A stretch of DNA of 64,000 bases from Peribolospora baueri. Lineage: Eukaryota. The translations under genes and the position numbers were made by a program. Of this stretch, positions 34,346 to 47,446 are shown in pieces; position 1 is the first letter of the stretch; every line of letters begins with the position of its first letter. Under the pieces are notes generated by a model, which was given only the letters and a program-made list of their open reading frames with translations, was not told the origin of the DNA and ran no database searches. The DNA lies in NCBI GenBank assembly GCA_029717555.1, contig JAMDHS010000020.1:124001-188000 (forward strand), written 5' to 3'.

Positions 34346-36549
34346 ATGTCTGGAGTGCTCAAATGGGCCCAGGACCGCGCTCACGGCCTGACCGAGGGAG
34401 CCTCCAAGTTTTCCTACACCGGATCCATCCCCCATACGATTAGGCAAATGCAGGCGCAATATGATCCCAGATTCGAGAGCACGAGGGCGTGGGTAGACCT
34501 GTCCCTTGCTCTAATCGCCTTTCTTCCCCCAAACCTCGGCGGGCGCGTTACCGGGAGGTAAACTAACTGGCTCCTTCTCTGGAATGCGCCGCCATTTGTC
34601 CTATGACCTCTCAGGCTTCAGCTCGTGTTGGCAACCATGCGCTCTGTTTCGGTTGACCGTGAAGCGCTCGCCCGGGAGAACAAGACCGCTGCTCGGACGC
34701 TTTATTTGTGGGGCCAAGAGCATACAATCAAGCAGGGCGGTAGCGACGAGGCACTGGCCGATATGTGAGTAGCGGAGGCTTCGCGTAGCTATTTCTCGTA
34801 GAAACCTTCCCGAGCAATATGGACTGATGCTCTCCTATCTGTCCATTCCCAGCGCCGACCGCATCGCCTTTATCTTGTCCAAAGTGGGCGATCTCGAGCT
34901 TGCCGCCGCTCAACGGATCGAGAAGGCTCGCACCATGTTCAGAGAAGTGCGCACGCCGGAGCAAGAGCTCGGATCGAAGAGGGAGAAAAGGAACAAGCTG
35001 CGGAATGAGATTGTACGTGCGCTCCTCGTTTACCGGTCCGCTCCTGGGGCTCTAGGCGGTGCGAACGCCCACGTGCTTATTCGACGTTGCTCTTCGTTTC
35101 TAGAACAAGCTAAGGCACCCTTCCGCTAGTTCCGTTCCCCTTCCTGGCAACAAGGCCAACAAGGCCAAGGCGGCGGAGCTGGAGGCGCAGTTGCGTAGGC
35201 TCGAGGACGAGGACGCGGCGGAGGAGCGCAAGGCTGGAAAGGTAAAGCGCAATGCCGTCAAGAGGGCTTTCGAGGAAGAGTTTGATGCGCTCATTGAGCT
35301 GGGCGAAAAGGTTGCCTTGATCGCTCGCTACGGTAAGCTCCTGGCCGACGCCGTTCCGTCCGACGCCCCTCACTTCCCTGCCGGTCCGCCCGCGCCTGGA
35401 GAATCCTCCTGGCCCGGAGCTGAGCGCACCGCTGAGATCCGAGCTGGCGTCGAGACGGCTTTGTCCCAGTACGCCATCGACAACGCGCCTGTCAAATTAC
35501 CACAAGGAAGTGGTCTTTCCTCCGGCGGGCCGAGCGCGTTGGGTAGGAACAATACGAAGAGCTACGGCCTAACGCATAGGCACGAGGTCGAGGATACCGA
35601 CAACTCCACGTCGCAACCTGGCATCGTGAGGGATGAGAGTAACGCCAGCATGTCCGGTATCGCGCCTTCTACCATTGGACGTCACGACAGCGTCTCCAGC
35701 GGGACAAGCATCGGTATCTCACCTGGTAGCCCTCTTCCCGAAGGCGGTACCTTGTCTTCAAGTCTCAACCTCAATCCCAGTCCCCTGCCAGGCTCAAGCG
35801 CGGAAGGAGCGGCCGGCGGCGACGCGAGCACCACTCATCCGGCTCCTCCTGCCCTCCCTTCACGGGAAGGACCGTCCTCCCCATTGACACCAACTGCGGC
35901 ACGTCCCACCGTTGCTCCTATCGCCATCCCTGGAAAAGCGGCTGCTGCCTCGTCCGCGGAAGCCCACTCGACTCCTACCGCTATCGCCGCTCCTCTCGAA
36001 CCTACCGTGGCCGAGACGGGCGCTCCTATCCATGGCACAGGCGGGCCTTCGAGTGGAAGCCTGGGTGCCGGTACGGGACGTCGCGCATCGATGTCGTCTG
36101 ACGCCAGCGGTCCACACCGCCCATCTGTCAGCTCCGTCAGCACCAGTGGCGGTCATGGCCACGTGGCCATGTCCACTTCTCAGGCGACGGTGGCTGAGAC
36201 TGGCGAGCCGACCATTGGCACCCACGCATCGTCGAGTGGAGGTCTCGCCCCTTCAGAGCCAGCGGTGGCGTCTTCTTCTTCGACCTCGACAGGCGCAGGC
36301 CCCTCTTCGTCTACGTCCATTGGCACAGGAGCCATACGAGTGGACGCTCAAGGCCGTCGTCCAGGCGAGACGACCGCCGATGCTCGGGCGCGGAAGGAAC
36401 GCGAAGCTGCTGAGCTGGCGGAGAGGGAGCAGAGAGGGGAAAGGCAGGCGAGGTTGAGGCGGATGGGAACGATGAGCTCCAAGCTCGGCGATGACGAGGA
36501 GCCGCTGCCCGAGTATACCGAGTTTGAGGGAGATCCTGGACGCGAGTGA
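34346..36549 (+). CDS. Eisosome Pil1/Lsp1-like BAR-domain protein with long Ser/Pro/Gly tail
   Basis: LYLWGQ..ALADIADRIAFIL and VKRNAVKRAFEEEFDALIELGEKVALIARYGKLL match the Pil1 domain pattern. C-terminal LPEY. Confidence 0.8.
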
Positions 36550-37008
36550 GGGAACGGTGTTGGCCGTGAACATCAATGGCTTGTCTGATCCTTCGAACTG
36601 TGTCTTGTCGAGGCTGGTCTCGCCGTTTGTTTCTTTTCGATTTCTACAGCAGCGTGCTTTGTCGACGTTGGCCGTTCCAGCGACGGGGGCTGTCCGGCAC
36701 AGTATTCGAGTACTCGTACCATTCTACTACCCCTTTGCGAAGTTGCTTCTTTGATAAAATACCTGCCCCCCTCTTTTTCACCGGACGTGTACGTAGTCAA
36801 ATGAATGTTCTTGTCCCAAGGCCGTATAGCGTGGGCTGACGCCAAACGACTCGTAAGTGAGAGTGGGATCTTGAGACGGGTTTGATCGATTGAATTGAAT
36901 TTGGCAGTTGCCGCAGCTTTTGATGTGTGGTTTGAGGTCAGCGATCTTCTTTCCGCATCGCGCTTCTCCGATCTCAGATACTTCACCAACCATCCTTTCG
37001 AACAAAAC

Positions 37009-39661
37009 ATGTCAAGATCCAAATCACTTTTCCGCCAACCCGGCGCCCAGCACTTTCAGGTGGTCCACCGTTCCCAACGGGACCCACTCATTCATGATCC
37101 CGAGGCTGGGAAGCACGTGCTCAAGCAGGTCGAGAGGAGGAACGTGACGAAGGTGGGCGTCTGACTGGACTGGACCGGACCGCACAGAGTCGGGCCATTT
37201 GCGGCTCCCTTGGGCTCTTTGTGGAGGTGCCATCGGTGCCGTTTCCGTACGCGCGACAAGTGTAACGGGCTCCTGACTTCCTTTCACGTACTCGGGTTCG
37301 TCACCCGCTTCAGGGCAAAACCAGAGCGCACCTCGAAACTGAGCTCCCCTCCGCGGAAGCCCAGGGCGCACGGCCTAACATCGGCGAGGCGGCAATCTAC
37401 GGCATCTACTTCGATGATACCGAGTATGACTACATGCAGCACCTGCGTCCGGTTGGAGGTGAGGGGGAAGACGAGGACGAGGTGGAAGCGGTTTTGCTTG
37501 AGGCGCCTGATAAGGGAAAACAAAATCGTAAGGTGAAGGGGAAGGGGAAGGCTAAGGAGGATGAGATCGCAGGGGTGACGTTTAAGGATGATCAGAAGAG
37601 CAAGGAAGAGCAAAATTTGGGCCTTCCCGCATCAGTGCTGCCTTCCAAGGACGAACGCCCCTTCCGAGTCGAAGACCAGTTGCCCATCCATCCCTCTCTC
37701 CAAGGCCTCCAGCCAGACATGGACCCACACCTTCGTCAAGTGCTCGAAGCGCTCGAAGACGAAAATTTCGTCGACGACGGCCTCGGCGACGACTTCTTCG
37801 ATGGGATGGTCGTAAGTGGCGAGAGGGGGGAAGAGGAAGAGGTGGACTTTGAATGGTCCGATGAGGCGCTCAGGTGGGAAGGTGGGCCGAACGGGTTCTC
37901 CGTAGGTGGTTCGGGGGCGGCGATGGCGTTGGGCGCTCCTGAGATGGCGAGCGACCAGGGAGAAGAGGAAGATTGGCAGACGCGGTTTGCGCGGTTCAAG
38001 GCGGAGAAGAAAAAGGCGCAGGCGGAAGGAGAGGAGGAGGTCAACTCGGATGAGGACCTCGAAGGCGAGGAAGAGGACGAAGAAGCAGACGAGGTTGGCA
38101 GTCTGCCCTCGTTGGCACCCACAATGCGGACGGCAAGGAAGCGCAGAGTCACAGCTTCGAACGCCGGTAGCCGGGCTGGTTCATCTTTCAGCATGAGCAG
38201 CTCGGCCATGTTCCGGAACGAAGGGCTGAGCACGCTTGACGAGCGGTTTGACCAGGTGAGTTTCTTTCTCTTCCCTCGTGGCGTCTCGAGCGTTTATGCG
38301 GTCCACTCGTCGACGACTTGCGGCGACGTGTACACTCATCCCCTCCAACGTCCTATGTGGTTCTCGGCATAGGTCGAAAAAGAGTATGCCGAAGACGCCG
38401 ACGACTCTGACGAAGACATCTCCGAGGCAGTCCGCCGCGGCAAAAATTCGGATGGGGAGGAGGACGACGACGACGAAGCGCCAGACTTGGTGATGCGCGA
38501 AGACTTCGACTCGATCATGGACGACTTTCTCGAAAAGTACGAGATTGTGGGTAACAAGATGAAGCCCGTCCTAGGCAGTCAGGACGCCTCGGGGGTAGAT
38601 AAGCTGGAGATCCTGCGCAAGGCTCTCGGGAGGGCTAAGTTGTCGGAGGGCGATGATGTCGTGCGAGTCAAGACGGGGGATGAAGAGGAGACGGATAGCG
38701 ACGACGATATCCCCATGCCAAGGATCGTCGGGCTGCCGAAGGATACATGGGACGTAGAAACCATTCTCAGTGAGTGGGAGCCAACCGCTAGTTTGCTAAA
38801 CCTGATCTTCCATCTTCCCTGAATGTGTCTTCGTTCTGTCCGTACCTCGACTTATGCATTGACCCGCTGTCCCTTGTTCTTTGGATTTATGTGGCAGGCA
38901 CCCGAACGAACCTTGAGAACCACCCCCGCCTGCTCTCCTCTAGAGGTTCCACCGCCGCCTCCTCCGCTAACCGCAGTGTCAAGGGCGTAGGGACGCCCAA
39001 GATCCGCATCAATCCTCGCACTGGCTTCCCGGAGGTCGTGGGGTATTACAAAGACAAGTCGGATGGGGCTGGAAAGGGAAGGAAGAGAGGGGGCAACCAG
39101 GGCGTGGAGGATGTCGCAGAGAAGGGTGAGATCGGGATGAAAGGACGTTCTGCGGAAGGGAAAAGCGAGGAGAAGGACGAAGAGGAGGACGGAGATGAGG
39201 ATGAAGGAGGTGAGTTCTCTTTCTGTTGACCATCGTCGCTCGTCCTGTGCGCACTCCGCGAGTGGCGTTCTCATTCTCGCCTCGGCCGTCCTCGCCTTTC
39301 TTGCGATCGCTCGGACTAGCAGCAGAGGAGAGAGGCACAATCGCCCGGCCGCGCAACGAGTCAAAGGAGGAGCGCAAGGCGCGCAAGGAGGCAGTCAAGG
39401 CTGAGAGGCAGGTGAGCGTTCCACCCTTCTGTCGTCTCTTCTTCCGCTTTCTTTCGCTGGAACTTCGTTTGGTACCTTCCGAGACCAGGCGGTTCAGCTT
39501 ACGAAATTCCTCCGCACGGTTCGCAGGCTCGAAGAGCAGACAAAGCGGCGTTCAAAGTGTCGTTGGCTAACGAGAGGAAGCGACAGTCAAAGGTGGCGGG
39601 AGGCAAGGCGGCGTCGAGCGACGTTCGCGGGGACGGTGTTGGCGTGCTGAAGCTATCTTGA
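37009..39661 (+). CDS. LTV1: Ltv1 40S biogenesis factor
   Basis: AQHFQVVHRSQRDPLIHD, GEAAIYGIYFDDTEYDYMQHLR, GLQPDMDPHLRQVLEALED, SMSSSAMFRNEGLSTLDERFD, WDVETILSTRTNLENHP, ESKEERKARKEAVK. Confidence 0.93.
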
Positions 39662-40042
39662 ATGTGAGAGGCGGACGTGGACTCGTTGGTCAAGGATATG
39701 TCAAGGTTTCGGTTTCCTTCATGTCTATGAATGCATCTCGACAAGATACCGTGTCATACATAGCCCAACGATTCCGTCTGCGACGAGGAGCACTGCGAGC
39801 GCCCGTGAAGATTTTTAGTATGACACGCGTCCGCCTTAGAGGAGAGGGGTCTGCTAAACTTGACTGGAGACCAGGAGGCCGTCGTCGAAGTGACGCTCGG
39901 AGAGCGAACGTAGGACTCCGTTTAGCACGACAAAGCCTTTGCCGGTGAAAGTAAAACGAATAGGAGCCCATCCCGGATTTTCGAGGCCCATTGTGCTGGC
40001 GACCCGGGGGGCAAAGGACAAAGAGGGAGGCTCGAGGGAGGC

Positions 40043-40744
40043 TCAAACGCCATAGGTTGCCCGGTACTCGTTCATGGCTGCGATCTCCTTTTCCATGCCC
40101 GGCTTCGTCCGAATGTACCCGATGATGTCCTCGAGGCGGATGACGGAGTAGACACGGGTGCCGTACTCCTCTTCCACCTCGGCGATTGTGCTCCTCTGTC
40201 CCTTGCCCCTCTCCTGCCGGTCTAGCGCGACCACCGCTCCCGCCAAGGTCGCGCCGTCCTGTGCGCGAATGATCTCGACGGCCTCGCGCATGGCTGTGCC
40301 GGCGGTGATGACGTCGTCAATCACGAGGACGCGCTTGCCCTTGATGTTGGCGCCGACGAGCGAGCCACCCTCGCCGTGGTCCTTGGCCTCTTTGCGGTTG
40401 AAAGCGTATCCGACGTCGATGCCGTGCTGGCGAGAGAGCGCGGATGCGGTCGTAGCGGCGAGGGGGATTCCCTTGTAAGCGGGACCAAAGAGAACGTCAA
40501 ACTGGACGCCGCTCTCGGCGATCCGATCGGCGTAGCACGACGCCATGGCGTCGAGGAGCGATCCGGTGCAGAAGGCACCGGCGTTGAAGAAGTAGGGCGA
40601 CACGCGGCCGGACTTGAGGTTGAAGGTGCCGAAAGTGAGGGCGTTGGCAGAGAGGGCAGTGGAGATGTAGGCGGCCTGGAACGGCCTGAGCCCAGTTTCC
40701 TCCTCGCCGGCCGACGGGACGGGGTGATCAGACGCGGCCGCCAT
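40043..40744 (-). CDS. URA5: Orotate phosphoribosyltransferase, intronless
   Basis: FGTFNLKSGRVSPYFFNAG, LFGPAYKGIPLA, FNRKEAKDHGEGG, PRPP motif VIDDVITAGTA, ALDRQE. Confidence 0.97.
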   Translation of the reverse strand: MAAASDHPVPSAGEEETGLRPFQAAYISTALSANALTFGTFNLKSGRVSPYFFNAGAFCTGSLLDAMASCYADRIAESGVQFDVLFGPAYKGIPLAATTASALSRQHGIDVGYAFNRKEAKDHGEGGSLVGANIKGKRVLVIDDVITAGTAMREAVEIIRAQDGATLAGAVVALDRQERGKGQRSTIAEVEEEYGTRVYSVIRLEDIIGYIRTKPGMEKEIAAMNEYRATYGV

Positions 40745-41257
40745 TATGTGAATAGGAGCGATGGTACCGGGGCGGATGGTGGGTCGTGGTGGTGTGAGCG
40801 CAGTCTTCGAAGTGCCGCAGCCATTTGTTTGGAGGAGTGAGCGGGCTGAGGCGGATGTAAGCGGGGCAGGTCTGGTGTGCTGCAGACTGGGCACGTGGCG
40901 CCGTTTGGGATGAGGCCAGCTGTCCGGCGGCCTCGCCTCGGCTAGGCGAAGGTCGACCAGTGGTCGGTTTCTTCCAAGGCAAGGTCAGTCTTCCCTTTTC
41001 TTCCTTCTCCTCCTTCTTCGCTTCCTCTCTCTTCCTCCTCCATCTCCTGTGCGTCTCGCACGCCGTCGAGCACCTACCGCACAAGCACCCCTTCTCGCGG
41101 CATCGCAGGGGAGAAAGAAAGAAGCTTTCGAGCTGGCCAACGCTCGTCTCTCATCGGTCTGCTCTCGCTAGATAGGGCAAGGCAGGGAAGAAACAACGAA
41201 GGAAGGAAGGAAAGAAGGACAAAGGAGAACACGTCCCGGCATCTCGTCTAGACACAG

Positions 41258-44200
41258 ATGCGGCCGTCTGGGGTCTTCGCCTCGTCTACCTCTTCCCGCC
41301 CCTCCTCGTCTAAATATCGCCCGCACAGCACTTCCAACCACGCAAGCTACTCCTTCGGCCCTGCTCCCCCTTACTACGATCATTCGGGCCATCAAAACGC
41401 ACACAGCTCCCAGCCCTCGGTGGACGTGACGACAGAGTACGACAGCGACCGAACATCGCCTCTTCCTCTGCACAACATGGAGATTCACGACGCCTCCGGC
41501 GCCCGTGCCCGAGGACCCGGATCGAGGGCGAACACAGGAGGTGCACAGCTGAGCAAGGAGGCCATGGAGCTCATGGGCGTCACATCCTCTTCTGGACGCC
41601 CCAATGGACGTTTGGCAGACGCGAAGAGCGATGCCGGGCCGGGAGGCGCGTCGAAGGAGTTTGGGAGGTACGGCAAGATGATTCCCGTGGAGGGATCTCC
41701 GAAGACGCCCGTGTGTAGCTTTCGCATCTTGTGGCTGGATGATTCAGAGACGCATGAAGCTGATATCTCTCTGTCTCAATTTTCTCGTATGCGTGGTTCC
41801 CCGTCGACCCGCAGGTTGAGCTACTGCAACGTCTCCTCACCCCGCTCCGGTCAGAGTGGGGACCTCTCATCATCTACACCCTCCTCGCCCTCATCACCCG
41901 CCTGGCCTACATCGGTGCGAGCAACATTGTGGTCTGGGACGAGGCTCACTTCGGAAAGTTTGGCTCTCACTACCTGAAGCGCGAGTTCTACTTCGACGTC
42001 CACCCTCCCCTGGGCAAAATGCTTGTTGGCTTGGCGGGTCTGTTGAGCGGCTACGACGGATCATACGACTTTAAATCAGGGTCAGAGTATCCGAAGGAGG
42101 TGCCCTACACGACCATGAGGGTGCTCATGGCCATGTTTGGCATCGGCATGGTCCCCCTCGCCTGGTCCACTAGTGGCGGTCTCGGTTGGAACTGGCGGGC
42201 GAGACATTTGGTCACCATCATGGTCCTCTGCGGTGAGTTGGTCAGTCATTATAGCCTTCGCTTCCGGTTTCTTTTCTCATTTCATACTCCCACCCCCGCG
42301 GTTCTCTCTTCAGACAATGCATGGCTCACGATCAGCCGCTTCATCCTACTCGACTCGATGCTCCTCTTCTTCACTTTCGCCACCGTCCACGGCATGGTCA
42401 TGTTCCACGGGCAGCGAAAGCGGTATGTCAGAAGCTCTTGACTTTGCCTCGATCGGTAAATGGAGCATTGATTTTTTTTGGGATTTGAGCAGACCCTTCA
42501 CCTTTGAATGGTATTTCTGGCTGTCTTTGACTGGACTGATGATTGGATGCGTCACTAGGTAAGTGCAAGTCAATGCACAGAAGCATCATGGAGAACTTCA
42601 AACTGAAATCTTCCCTCCTTGTCTTCTCGTCTTTCAGCGTCAAATGGGTCGGTTTGTTCGCCACGGCCGTCGTCGGATTATACACCATTGAGGACTTGTG
42701 GGACAAGTTTGGCGACCTGAAGATGCCTAAGGTGAGCTCACCTACTGCCTCGCTTGTCGACCCTTCTCTTGCTGACGATCATCCTACGCTTTTCATTACT
42801 GTCAGCGCGTCTACGCGCGCCACTGGTTCGCGCGCGCCGGCTGCCTCATTGTCCTCCCCATTCTCGTTTACATGATTTCGTTCAAGATTCACTTCCTCGT
42901 TCTCAATCACACCGGGCCTGGCGATGCGCAGATGAGCTCGCTCTTCCAAGCAAATCTTGTCGGCAACGACTTTAACCAGAACCCGCTCGACGCGGCGTTT
43001 GGAAGCAAAGTCACACTCAAGAATATGGGCTACGGTGGCGGTCTTCTGCACTCTCACGTCCAGACCTACCCCGTCGGCTCTCAGCAGCAGCAAGTCACTT
43101 GCTATCACTACAAGGACGAGAACAACGAATGGATTATCACTCCCACCTGGGATGGGCCCACTATGAACGAAACCACTGACCCCATCCGATTCCTTAAGCA
43201 CGGCGACACCATCCGTCTCGTACACGTGGCCACGAATCGCAACCTGCACTCGCACCCCGTTGCCGCGCCCATCACCAAAGCGAACCACGAGGTAGCAGGA
43301 TACGGAGACAAGGTGGTCGGTGATTCGAACGACCATTGGATCGTCGAGGTCGTCGACGACATGCACAAGGGCACATCCAAAGATCGCATCCACAGCCTCA
43401 CCTCTCGCTTGCGCTTCCGTCACCAGAACTTGGGATGCTACCTTCGGGCTGCCAACGCTGTCCTTCCGCAGTGGGGATGGAAGCAGATCGAGGTATCGTG
43501 CGATAAGGAAAACAATCCCAAGGACGAGCACACGTATTGGAACATTGAGAGCCACTGGAACGATCGACGTAAGTCCTTCCCTTTGACCATACACCAAAAG
43601 GTCCAACCCGAGTCTGACCATCGTCCACCATCCGCATGTACCCGCTTGACAGTCCCGAAAGGCCAAGCAAAGCTTTACAAGTCGCCCTTCCTCCGCGACT
43701 TCTGGCACCTCAACGTAGCCATGATGACGTCGAACAACGCGCTGATCCCCGACCCGGATAAGGAGGACATCCTCGCCTCCGGCCCCACCGACTGGCCCTT
43801 CTTGCACGTCGGACTGCGTATGAACGGCTGGGGTGATCAGACGCTCAAGTACTATTTGCTCGGCAACCCCATCATTTGGATCGGCGGAACCATCAGTTTG
43901 TTCACGTTCTGCGCGCTTCTTGCGTGGTACCTCATGAGGAGGCAGAGGAGGTACAACGATCTCTCGCCAGGTGAGTCGGTGATGCGGTCGGATGTGAAGA
44001 GGGCGGCATCGTAACGGGGCGCTGTCTGACAACAGCAAACGCTGATCCGTTACCCTGCTATGTCGTTTTTCTTGTTCAGCGGAATGGAATCAGTTTGTCT
44101 TCGTCGGCAAGCTCGCCATGTCTGGCTGGCTTCTGCATTACCGTAAGTCACTTCATTGGTTCCCCCCTTTCTCCCTGGGTACCGACGTTCAGCACTGACT

Positions 44201-44700
44201 CGCGTTGAACACATTGTCGTACCCAGTGCCTTTCCTGATCATGGGTCGTGTCACGTACATCCACCATTACGTAAGTTTAGGAGTTTTCGATAGTAGGTCT
44301 TTGGCTTCAGAGCCACCACATGGACTGACGGACATGGCCTCGGAACTCTTTCACAGCTCCCGACCTTGTATTTCGCCGTCCTAATGACGGGCCACGTTCT
44401 TGATCATCTCTTCTTCAATTCCTACACTGCCCGTGTCAACCGCGGCGGACGCAAGGTGCCGCTCTCGGAGCGGTTCAAGAACGTAGTCTTCGCCTCTTGC
44501 CTCGTCGCCGTCGTCGGCGCCTTTTGGTGGTTCCGGGGCGTCTCTTACGGTATGGATGGCCCCATGCTGGATCATTGGGGCCTGCGGTGGCGCAAGGTGA
44601 GCAATAGCGTGGGCAAGCCCATGGAAGGTGCGACGTGTGTATGGCGGGCTCATGTGATCATCCCATTTTCCGCTCACAGAACTGGAACATTTACCCGTAA
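41258..44700 (+). CDS. PMT2: Dolichyl-phosphate-mannose:protein O-mannosyltransferase, PMT2 subfamily
   Basis: VVWDEAHFGKFGSHY..DVHPPLGKML (PMT2-type), SRFILLDS, MIR domains (LLHSHVQTYP, NLHSH), GRVTYIHHY, WNIYP*. Confidence 0.93.
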
Positions 44701-45377
44701 GGGACCAACACGAAGAGCTCCCCTTGGCCTCTTGGCCTCTTCGCTCCTTCCTTTCTATTTTTCTCTCCATCTCTACCATCCAACCCAACTCACGCGTACC
44801 CCGGCGCCACCTCGGAACACTTTCTCTTGTCAACCTTTTCCCGCTTCCTCCTTCGGTCCTTGTCTTCCCCTCACTCGTTTTTGGCTTCCTTGCTCTGGGT
44901 CGGCTTCCGCCGTTCCCCATTTTTGCATCCGCCTATCGTGTGCTTGTATCTACGTCTGCAATCAAACCTTGCGATCACTCAATAAAAGGAAGATGGTTCA
45001 TTCCCAGTCTCCTCCATGGACGGGAAGGATAGAGCAAGCACGACCGTGGCGGAGCGCGTGCGGGAGGCGCGGAGAAAGTGAGGGAGAGGACGTCGCTGTG
45101 GTGTCGAGGGCTGATACAATGCCGACGAGACGGTGATGATGCCGACAAGCTTTTGCAGTCTCTGCACCTTTCCTCAGTCCCACCCCGGGTTTTGCCAGAG
45201 AGCGACCAACCTCAGACTCGGCCGTTCGGCCCGACATGATCACCCAGTGTTATATTTGATATTTCGCATCACAAATCCGCTAGTGTCCTCGTGCAAGTAT
45301 GCTCCACGTACCTATAACCGGGAAGGGAACGAAGGGTAGCCATGCTGTGAACGCGTCCCGGGTTGCCTCTTCGGCGA

Positions 45378-47446
45378 TCAAACGGCAGAAGCGAAGCTTC
45401 TGAGCCACCCTCCCAATCCGTCGGCCACCGAATAACCGCGCAGCGCGACTACGCTCTCCTTCACGTCAAAAGCGCCCCCGCTGCCGCTTCCACCCCTCTT
45501 CCTGCCGATGGCGTCGCCCACCAGGTCTACGACACCCTCGTGGTACGCGACCATGTTGTGTCCACCGTAATTGACGTTGGCGAGCGTCACGACGCCCCTG
45601 CTCGTCAAAGGCTTTGCGCCTCCTGTGCGACGCTCAAAGCGGTTCACCTCCCCGAAGCGAGGGATCCTCCTCGTCTTGATCATCGAGGATCGCTTGGCGG
45701 CCCGCTCATTCTGATATGCCTTCCACATCTCCAGGACGGTCTCGTTAGCTTTGTGAGAGAATATGTCCACAGGAGGAGGCGTTGAGAGACTCATGTTCAG
45801 CTGCGGCTCGAGGAGGGCGTCGAAGAGCTGTTCGGAGTGCGTAAAGGGGATATCGCGGTCATTCTTGGCGTGCACAAGGAGGACGTTGACGCTCGGTGCG
45901 AGGTCGCGGATCAAGAGGTGCGAGTCGAAACGATGGCCGAGGATCGAGTCCACAATCGCTGCGAAGCCAAGCCAATGGAGTCATCAGCGAAACCAACGTC
46001 TAACTGAACATTACCTAGAAAAACAGGTTTCGATGATGAGACGTACTCGAAACGCCAGGGAAAATGCGGAGTGGCGAAAGGATAGGAATGATACCGAAGA
46101 GGTGATATGTCTGGAGGAGAGCCTTGACGGAGCTGAAGGGTGCAGTTAAGATGAGCGCCTTCGGAGGAGTACCTGCGGGAAGACGAAACAAAGAAAATTT
46201 CATTAACGGCCTCGAGAGTAGTTCCGAACCCGCTGCTCGAGACTTACCTTCGTCGCTTAGCTGTTTCGCTAACTTGGTAGCCACGCCGGTACCGAGACTC
46301 TGCCCTTCTATGCTGATCTGGTCTGGCCGCGCTCCCTTCTCTCGCGCGTAGTCCCACGCCGCGCGAGCATCGAGAAGAACACCTTCCTCTGTAGGGGAGA
46401 CGGAATCCGAGTCGCCGAAGCCGCGGTAGTCGATTGCCAAGACGTTGGCATTCTGGGAGATGATGGTCGCAGCAAGGGTGAGTACTGCTTGGTTTGAATC
46501 AGTTCCGTACCATTTTAGACACACACCAAGTGACTTGAGTGAGCTTGCATGGTTCGCACGCGGAACGCAGCAGCCCTATTGGCGGCGTTACCGTGAAGAT
46601 CTGCAACGACGGAGCTGCCTAAGCAAATCATATTGGCGTTAAAGAACACGGAGGCTGGCTCAGACAGAGTGCTCACAAATCACGGTAGGCTGTGAACGGA
46701 AGGCAGCGTCGTAGACGAGGTCAGAGAGATGTTCAGAATCCTCCCTGAGAGGGTCTTCTTGGGAGATGGCCACATGGTAGTAGTCGTCCCTGTACGTGTG
46801 TGAGTACGTAGCCGAACGTCAGGGAGCACACGCTGGCGCAAGTGCACGTCACCAAAGTGGCTAACACTCACGGTAGGATGTGCCATGCGCCGATAGTGAC
46901 GCCGTCAGAGGTCGTGAGGTTAAGATTTCGAGTTTTGAAAGCTACCCATGGATACGATATCACGAGGGACCGTGAGTTTCAATTAGTGTGACGTAACACG
47001 GCTCCCGGGCACTCACGTGCAAAGCCATATTTCTCTGGAAAATCGAACCTTGCCTGATAAAAAGAAACAGTATGGTTAAGACCTCGCTTCACCGGGCCGC
47101 ACTGGCACGCCTCCGTTCCTCTCACATTGACCGGGAATTGCAGCTTGTGAAGGTATATGGCGCTGCGATATGCAAAAGTTCACTTTCGTTAGAGAAATAT
47201 CCGGCGAGGGCTCTGCACAAAAGTGGGCACACTGCTCACTGAGTCTGGACGAAGGGGGTGGCTAAGAGGAGAAGAAAGGTAGCGTATAAGCCGCCAGCGG
47301 CAATGAGCTGTATTGGTGAAAAGCGACGCTCGTCAGCGCGACGCAGTGTACGATGAGACTATGGGCATGCCGGACACGAATTTCAAGGCCTTCCTCACCC
47401 AAAGGTGGACCTTGGCAAGAAAGCCCCTGTTAGCCATGTCCGACAT
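45378..47446 (-). CDS. ABHD12-like membrane-anchored alpha/beta hydrolase
   Basis: N-terminal TM, PEKYGFAPFKTRN, TSDGVTIGAWHILP, YLHGNA, IDYRGFGDS, GQSLGTG, HAKND, GGHN. Confidence 0.85.

Noticed and set aside
40745..40894. N-terminal extension of URA5 in the ORF track
   Set aside because: Starts at a non-ATG codon; the first in-frame ATG is 40744
42779..44038. 419-aa minus-strand ORF
   Set aside because: Antisense shadow of the large PMT2 exon caused by GC3-biased codons
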